A stretch of 64,000 nt of DNA, taken from positions 1-64,000 of IMG/VR virus record IMGVR_UViG_3300037071_003200; one strand, 5' to 3'. Both the position numbers and the translations under genes were made by a program. The DNA comes from a virus (lineage: Duplodnaviria > Heunggongvirae > Uroviricota > Caudoviricetes). Positions within the stretch are counted from its first letter, which is position 1. Every line of letters begins with the position of its first letter. This document shows, piece after piece, positions 58,840-64,000 of this stretch. The notes below the pieces were generated by a model. That model searched no databases. It had not been told where the DNA came from and saw only the letters and a list, made by a program, of their open reading frames with translations.

Positions 58840-60152
58840 GCGACCTTCAGGTTCATCTGGATGGCGTGGACTTCTCGGGTTGCGCGATCGAGGGAAGCGC
58901 CACCCGCCGCCTCAATCGTCCATCCCAGGCCCAGATCAAGATCCCGATGGACTGCGCGGCCGGTTGCTCGGGGCCTGGCCAGAGGCTCAAGATCTCCTTC
59001 GACGCTGGCGCCTCCCTCTTCTTCCACGGCATGGTGATGGACTGGGAGCTCGACGGCGGCGAGGACATGGGCTACATCACGATGAACGCGATGGACCCGA
59101 TGGAGCTGTGGCTGCACCGTGTAGCGCGTGACGGGCCAGGCTCAGCGGATCCCGGTGACTTCTCGAATCCAGGCATGTTCACCGGTCTCGACTACACGCC
59201 CACCGGGCCGGCGATCATCGAGCAGATGCTCCTGCAGTCGTTGGACGATTCCGATCCTCAATTCGGAGACGGGTCGCTGTTCCTCGATCTCGGCTCGTTC
59301 GCCACCGGAGGTGTCCCGTTGGAGGCCGGTCCACAGGACTGGCCGATGACGATCGCGGAGGTCGTGAACCTGCTCGTCTCCACCGGAGAGGTGGACGTGA
59401 TCATCACTCCCAGTGACCCAGGAGGCGGGATCATGGGCACGGTTGACGTCTACAACGGCGCCTACGGAACGAATCTGTCGCCCTACGGGGGAACGGGGAC
59501 AGTCCACTTCGAGTACGGAACGGGCGCGAAGAACGTGCGCGCCATGCGCTGGAACCAGGACATGTCGAACGTCTGCAACAAGCTCTGGTACTACGGCGGC
59601 CCAAAGATCGCGACCATCGCTGACCCTGATGCGATACAGCACTGGTGCTGGAACATCCAAGGTGACGACTGCTGCTTTACGGGCACAGACAACCCCCCGC
59701 ACTGTGTGTGCGTGAGTCCGAGCTCCACTGAGATGCAGGCAGCGTGGGCAAGCATCGACGCTTGCCGTGGTGATAGCCCTGATCCTGCCCCCGGCACTTC
59801 GCGCGATGTCTACGGCGTACGGATGGAGGTCCAGATCTTCGACGCAGCCTCCGACAACTGCATCGGCAAGGGCGGCTTCGACGTGGAGCGCGACCTCTAC
59901 CGCTGGAACTGGCTGGCGGAGTCGTGGGCTCGCTGCAACCCGCGCTCGCTCGTTCACATCACTCCCACTCGAGGAACGGCGATCGGCGCCTTCGACATCG
60001 GCGACATCGTGGGCGTAGAGATCGGCTCGGGGGTCTGCGGAGGCGCGGCAGGAGCACAGCGCGTCTACGAGTACACGGTCTCCTGGGGCGTCGACGGCCC
60101 CTTCGAGCTCAGCGAGCTGCAGACATCCTCCGATGCGGGGATCCCATCATGA
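58836..60152 (+). CDS. Minor tail protein (Tal-like position)
   Basis: 438-aa non-repetitive ORF after the Dit-like gene. Confidence 0.55.
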   Translation: MSDLQVHLDGVDFSGCAIEGSATRRLNRPSQAQIKIPMDCAAGCSGPGQRLKISFDAGASLFFHGMVMDWELDGGEDMGYITMNAMDPMELWLHRVARDGPGSADPGDFSNPGMFTGLDYTPTGPAIIEQMLLQSLDDSDPQFGDGSLFLDLGSFATGGVPLEAGPQDWPMTIAEVVNLLVSTGEVDVIITPSDPGGGIMGTVDVYNGAYGTNLSPYGGTGTVHFEYGTGAKNVRAMRWNQDMSNVCNKLWYYGGPKIATIADPDAIQHWCWNIQGDDCCFTGTDNPPHCVCVSPSSTEMQAAWASIDACRGDSPDPAPGTSRDVYGVRMEVQIFDAASDNCIGKGGFDVERDLYRWNWLAESWARCNPRSLVHITPTRGTAIGAFDIGDIVGVEIGSGVCGGAAGAQRVYEYTVSWGVDGPFELSELQTSSDAGIPS

Positions 60153-60787
60153 GCCGCCCCATCTACGAGCCCTCGCTGCAGCGCACGGACGCGCGGCTGG
60201 GGTACGGGAGCGCACAGCTCTTCCGTCGGCCGCCGAGGTTGTCGACGATTCCATTCGGACTGGTCCAATTCGAGGGAGAGTTCGACTTCGTCAGTGACTC
60301 ATACCCTGACTGGAACTGGGGGCCAGCCGATCTCACGTCTCTCTATACGAATGATGACGCAACCTTCGTGCTGGACGGCAGCGGCGCGTTCATCTCCATC
60401 TTGGCTGGCTTCTATACAGCGGGCCTTCACATGAGGTACCAGGTCGACGGGCAGTTCCTTGACCTACCGCCGCAGGCTGGCACGACGCGCACGAACCCAG
60501 GGAATCTCGGGAGCAAGATCAAACTGGAGATCGCCGGGACGGGGGCGGATCTGGATTTCGACTACTACGTGGGTGAGGAGGACTACGAAACCAGCGCCGA
60601 GTTGGGCGCACTCGGTCTGTTCGATATCCACCTTGGTGGAATCGTCGGCGCTACGTTTGACACAATCGCCTACCCCACGATCTTGTCCAAGGATGCCCTG
60701 ATCGGTCCCAACGACACCGGCTCCTTCCCCGAGAATCCTCCGGTCTACTCGGGCTCGATGTGGCTCGCCAGACTGGGGACCTTCTAG
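60149..60787 (+). CDS. Minor tail protein
   Basis: ATG at 60149 (ATGA overlap). 212 aa. Confidence 0.5.
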   Translation: MSRPIYEPSLQRTDARLGYGSAQLFRRPPRLSTIPFGLVQFEGEFDFVSDSYPDWNWGPADLTSLYTNDDATFVLDGSGAFISILAGFYTAGLHMRYQVDGQFLDLPPQAGTTRTNPGNLGSKIKLEIAGTGADLDFDYYVGEEDYETSAELGALGLFDIHLGGIVGATFDTIAYPTILSKDALIGPNDTGSFPENPPVYSGSMWLARLGTF

Positions 60788-60789
60788 TC

Positions 60790-60960
60790 GTGACCCAGAC
60801 GACTGCACAGGTCCTGTTGACGGTGATCCTTCTGGCCGGTGCCGTCATCTTCGTGCTGCTCGGTGAGACCAACCTCGCCATCGGTCTCGTCGGTGCGCTC
60901 GCCGGGCAGGGTGCCAGCGCGGGCGTGCGCTCGGCGGTGAACGGGGCGAACGGGAAATGA
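60790..60960 (+). CDS. Small membrane protein (possible holin-like or lysis accessory)
   Basis: GTG at 60790. VTQTTAQVLLTVILLAGAVIFVLLGETNLAIGLVGALAG has two hydrophobic segments. Confidence 0.35.
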   Translation: MTQTTAQVLLTVILLAGAVIFVLLGETNLAIGLVGALAGQGASAGVRSAVNGANGK

Positions 60961-61400
60961 CTCTCGCGTCTCTAGCTTTCGGTCTCGAGCTTCAAGAATG
61001 GGCGCTGCTCGTCACGGGCGTGTTCGTCGCGGCCGAGATCAGTGGCTTCTCACGCTCGGGACGAACTGCTCGGAAGGACAACGCCGACCTGCGCGAGCGC
61101 AACGCCACGCTGGAGGGCGAGGTGCGCACGCTGGAGGAGAAGGCGTCGTCCCAGCAGCGCCAGATCGACATGCTGACGAAGCAGATCGACGAGTTGAAGG
61201 AGCGCAACGTGGACGCGCTCTGGGCGGCGTACCGCGAGCACGACCAGCGCGTGACCGAGGGACACGCTGCGCTCGGTGCCACCATGACCCGGCTGGCGGA
61301 GAACATCACCCTCCACGAGGACCAGGCATCAGGACGCCACCGCGCGATGCTCGTCATCCTGGAGCGAATCGCCGAGAAGGTCGACGGCGGGGAAGCATGA
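60957..61400 (+). CDS. Membrane-anchored coiled-coil protein (lysis-associated)
   Basis: N-terminal transmembrane helix LLVTGVFVAAEISGF, then a heptad-repeat region (LEGEVRTLEEKASSQQRQIDMLTKQIDELKE). Confidence 0.45.
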   Translation: MTLASLAFGLELQEWALLVTGVFVAAEISGFSRSGRTARKDNADLRERNATLEGEVRTLEEKASSQQRQIDMLTKQIDELKERNVDALWAAYREHDQRVTEGHAALGATMTRLAENITLHEDQASGRHRAMLVILERIAEKVDGGEA

Positions 61401-62851
61401 TCGACCTCTACCGCACCGGCATGTACCTGCGTAAGCCGGGCGGCAACGTCGAGGTGCCGGTGGAACAGAAGGCCGCCGGCATGGAGTGGGCGCTGCTCAA
61501 CATCGGCGGCGACGTCGGCCGCGACCCGACCGTCTGGGATCACCAGCGCAAGCTCTACCGACAGGCGGACGTACCGATCGGCCCGTGGATGCACGTGCGC
61601 TCGATGGACGACCTCACCTTCCTGCTCGGTGTGGCAGTCGACTGGCAGGCAGACATCATCGGCCCGAACGTGGAGGACGTCGTCGACGACAAGCTCTCTC
61701 TCCAGGAGATCGGCGGCTACCTCCTCGACTTCTGGGTGAACCCCTACGGGAAGCCCGTCCACATGGCGACCTTGCCCTGGCTGCAGAACGGGCAGGGCTG
61801 GCAGTACGTCGCGTTCGCGTATATCGCGCTCGAGCTCTTCCCGCTGGAGACACCGCTGTACCTGGCCGAGTACGAGGCCTGCATTCAGCACGCCTTCAAC
61901 GAGGGATGCAAGAAGGTCACGCTGCTCTACTCGACGACTTCCCCGCGGTCGACCTATCCGCCCGACATCGCACACTGTCTCTACACCGCCGACAACGTGA
62001 CCAACTGGCCGGACTGGAAGGACACCGTCCCACAGCTCCCGCCGAAGCCCAAGGAGGACCCACCCGTGCCCCCGAACCCGCCCTCGCTCACCATCAAGCA
62101 GTTCCCGTACACCGGGCCGCTCGTCGTCGGTGACACGAACCGCGATACGTGCAAGGGACTGAAGCGCGGACTGATCCGCGGTGGGTACATGGCCCTGGCG
62201 CTCGGCTCCGAGACCGACGACTTCGGCCCTGAGCTCGAGGCCGCGCTCAAGAAGCTCCAACGCGACAAGAACATCAAGCCTGCCTCCGGCAAGTACGGCC
62301 GCGATAGCTGGCTGGCCATGCGCTCCCTGCACGTCCCGGCCGAGTCGCCGAACGCTGGCAAGTACGCGATGGACGCGAAGGCGCTCGCCTATGTGAAGCT
62401 CGACACGCTGAAGATGTGTTACCCGCATCCGAAGGACGCGCTCTCGGAGATCTGTCAGGGCCCGCACGAGACGGACGGGCTGTACGGCAACTGGGCGATC
62501 GACTTCTGCGCTCCCGGTGGCACGAAGGTGCTGGCGGTCGAGCGGGCCACCATCCGCAAGCTCTCCGGGCGCTCGCCGTCCCAGGGCTGGTACGGACCTG
62601 GCGTCTTCGGCTACTCGATCCACTACGAGACGCCGGAGGGCTACCGCTACTTCTCGACGCACTACGGATCGCGGTCGAAGCTCACGGTCGGTCAGGTCGT
62701 CGAAGTCGGGCAGGTGCTCGGGACGGTGGGCCACTGGCCAGGAGATCCGTCGCGCTCGCACACGCACCTCGGCGTCACCTCTCCGTTCGGCGAGGCGGAT
62801 GCGCGCAAGCACATCACGGCGGTCTCGGAAGCAGTGCATCTCGTCGCCTGA
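61397..62851 (+). CDS. Endolysin: N-terminal catalytic domain, peptidoglycan-binding domain, C-terminal M23 peptidase
   Basis: Central PG_binding_1-like repeat (CKGLKRGLIRGGYMALALGSETDDFGPELEAALKKLQRDKNIKPASGKYGRDSWLAMRS). C-terminal M23 motifs (HYETPEGYRYFSTHYGS, HWPGDPSRSHTHLG). 484 aa. Confidence 0.8.
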   Translation: MIDLYRTGMYLRKPGGNVEVPVEQKAAGMEWALLNIGGDVGRDPTVWDHQRKLYRQADVPIGPWMHVRSMDDLTFLLGVAVDWQADIIGPNVEDVVDDKLSLQEIGGYLLDFWVNPYGKPVHMATLPWLQNGQGWQYVAFAYIALELFPLETPLYLAEYEACIQHAFNEGCKKVTLLYSTTSPRSTYPPDIAHCLYTADNVTNWPDWKDTVPQLPPKPKEDPPVPPNPPSLTIKQFPYTGPLVVGDTNRDTCKGLKRGLIRGGYMALALGSETDDFGPELEAALKKLQRDKNIKPASGKYGRDSWLAMRSLHVPAESPNAGKYAMDAKALAYVKLDTLKMCYPHPKDALSEICQGPHETDGLYGNWAIDFCAPGGTKVLAVERATIRKLSGRSPSQGWYGPGVFGYSIHYETPEGYRYFSTHYGSRSKLTVGQVVEVGQVLGTVGHWPGDPSRSHTHLGVTSPFGEADARKHITAVSEAVHLVA

Positions 62852-62902
62852 TCGTCCGGCTGAAATCTCATAATCCTGGGCGCTAGCTAGCGAAGGAGGA
62901 GC

Positions 62903-63271
62903 ATGAAGGTCGACCAGTACTTCAAGGCGATCGTGGCGCTCGCGGTGGCAATCATCGCGGCGCTCGTGACCGCCCTGGGAACGGGCGCGACTGACTTCTC
63001 GGACATCGACACCCAGACGTGGCTCATCACCGCGGGGACGATCCTCGGATCGGGCGCCCTGGTCTGGTGGGTCAAGAACATTCCGGGTGTCGCTGGCGGC
63101 ATCATCAAGGGCGTCGTAGCAGGACTGGGGGCCGCGATCGCGACCCTCGTCACGGCGCTCGATGACGACGTGCTGTCACAGGTCGAGAGGCTCACAGCTC
63201 TGTCAGCGTTCCTGGTGGCGCTCAGCGCCGTCTACCAGGTCCCGGGCCCAGACCCAGAACCCAACGCCTAG
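62903..63271 (+). CDS. Holin-like multi-pass membrane protein
   Basis: Ribosome-binding site GAAGGAGGAG. Three or four hydrophobic helices. 122 aa, immediately after the endolysin. Confidence 0.55.
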   Translation: MKVDQYFKAIVALAVAIIAALVTALGTGATDFSDIDTQTWLITAGTILGSGALVWWVKNIPGVAGGIIKGVVAGLGAAIATLVTALDDDVLSQVERLTALSAFLVALSAVYQVPGPDPEPNA

Positions 63272-63278
63272 AGAAGTA

Positions 63279-63315
63279 CGAAGGGCGCCGGCAGTGGGAG
63301 TACCGGCGCCCTTCG
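63279..63315. terminator. Strong hairpin terminator between convergent modules
   Basis: 13-bp perfect stem CGAAGGGCGCCGG / CCGGCGCCCTTCG with an 11-nt loop, 8 nt after the holin stop. Confidence 0.5.
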
Positions 63316-63349
63316 TGTGCCCAATAACGAAGCCCCGAAAGGATCCGCG

Positions 63350-63706
63350 CTACGAGACTACCCGGAGCCCCCGCTGTCGCATCCATTCAGCGGCTGCTGT
63401 GAAGCCTCCGAGGCGAGCTGCCAGGTAGGCGATGGTGTCTCCCCGCTCGGTCTCCAGATAGCGCCCCAGGGCTGCACAGGCGTCCTTCTCAGCCCCTTCG
63501 ACGAGTCCGTGGCACCCAGTTGTCCCTGATCCGCAGAGGGCTACGAGGTTCGCGCGCACGTCATCTCCTCCCTGCGAACGCTTGAGCACGTGGTGGACGG
63601 AGAAGAGGACGTCGCCGCAGATACAGCATTCCTCGAACTCGAAGTGCATCCGGCGGACGAGCTCGGGATCGCGGATGCGCTTTTCGCGCTTTGGATCAGG
63701 AGTCAT
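63350..63706 (-). CDS. HNH endonuclease (minus strand)
   Basis: CCICGDVLFSVHHVLKRSQGGDDVRANLVALCGSGTTGCHGLV carries Cys pairs and a His-His...Asn...His pattern. Confidence 0.65.
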   Translation of the reverse strand: MTPDPKREKRIRDPELVRRMHFEFEECCICGDVLFSVHHVLKRSQGGDDVRANLVALCGSGTTGCHGLVEGAEKDACAALGRYLETERGDTIAYLAARLGGFTAAAEWMRQRGLRVVS

Positions 63707-63775
63707 TCGGGCGCGGGACCGGCCGATGGATTGCGTCGACCCCGCATCTCGTGAACAAACCCGCGCCCGAATCTT

Positions 63776-64000
63776 TCAATGGCAGCCGCCGCCTGCCCAG
63801 TGGTGACGCATACCGTGGGTAATCCCCCACGCGCCGGCGAGCGCTTGCCCGAGCGTCGAGTACCAGGAGGCCGACTCGGGAGGTACGCGGAAACCGCGAG
63901 ACCGCACGTCGTCGACAGCGTGGCGGTAGAACCCTGACCACGTGCCCGGCATGAACTGCAGCCAGCCCCCGACGCCGGAGCCCTGAGAGTTCGGGACCCA
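63776..64000 (-). CDS. Partial gene (C-terminal 74 aa) with a lytic-transglycosylase (SLT)-like motif; continues beyond the window
   Basis: The reverse-complement frame is open to the window edge. ...GGWLQFMPGTWSGF... resembles the SLT G-L-M-Q-I-M-P-x-T motif. Stop at 63776-63778. Confidence 0.4.
   Translation of the reverse strand, partial: WVPNSQGSGVGGWLQFMPGTWSGFYRHAVDDVRSRGFRVPPESASWYSTLGQALAGAWGITHGMRHHWAGGGCH

Overview
High-GC (~65-70% by eye) double-stranded DNA phage or prophage segment with actinobacteriophage-like organisation. Almost every gene is on the + strand and adjacent genes are chained by 4-nt ATGA/GTGA start-stop overlaps. Order along the window: (1) a repeat-rich left end (GAGGCCGCC hairpins, a 16-bp inverted repeat pair, a TGGCAC/GTGCCA palindrome array) around a minus-strand gene for a very acidic poly-Asp/Glu protein; (2) about 12 kb of small early-type genes: two tandem ribbon-helix-helix regulators, an RtcB RNA ligase, a HicA-like fusion protein, a secreted Gly-Pro-Pro collagen-like protein, SWIM/zinc-ribbon proteins, then three + strand tRNA(-like) genes; (3) HNH endonuclease, putative small terminase, large terminase; (4) glycosylation locus 1 inserted between terminase and portal: four GT-A glycosyltransferases, a PIG-L/LmbE deacetylase, SAM and FkbM methyltransferases, an SPFH/band-7 membrane protein with a lipoprotein, two minus-strand tRNAs and an HNH gene; (5) portal, a large head-morphogenesis protein, a reverse-oriented 213-aa gene followed by a 470-bp G-depleted tract, and an HK97-like major capsid protein with an N-terminal scaffold domain; (6) a 1572-aa Gly-X-Thr collagen-like fibre protein and a cassette of FN3/LamG/jelly-roll/beta-helix fibre proteins; (7) glycosylation locus 2: two GT-A, one GT-B, four methyltransferases and a LAGLIDADG homing endonuclease; (8) tail genes (HK97 gp10-like, chaperones, 1404-aa tape measure, distal/minor tail proteins), a lysis cassette (multidomain M23 endolysin, holin), a strong hairpin terminator, then a minus-strand HNH gene and a partial SLT-like gene. 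The most interesting hypothesis is that the two glycosyltransferase/methyltransferase loci build an O-methylated glycan that decorates the BclA-like GXT collagen fibre and/or the capsid. All calls rest on reading the translations and the DNA by eye; no database search was run.
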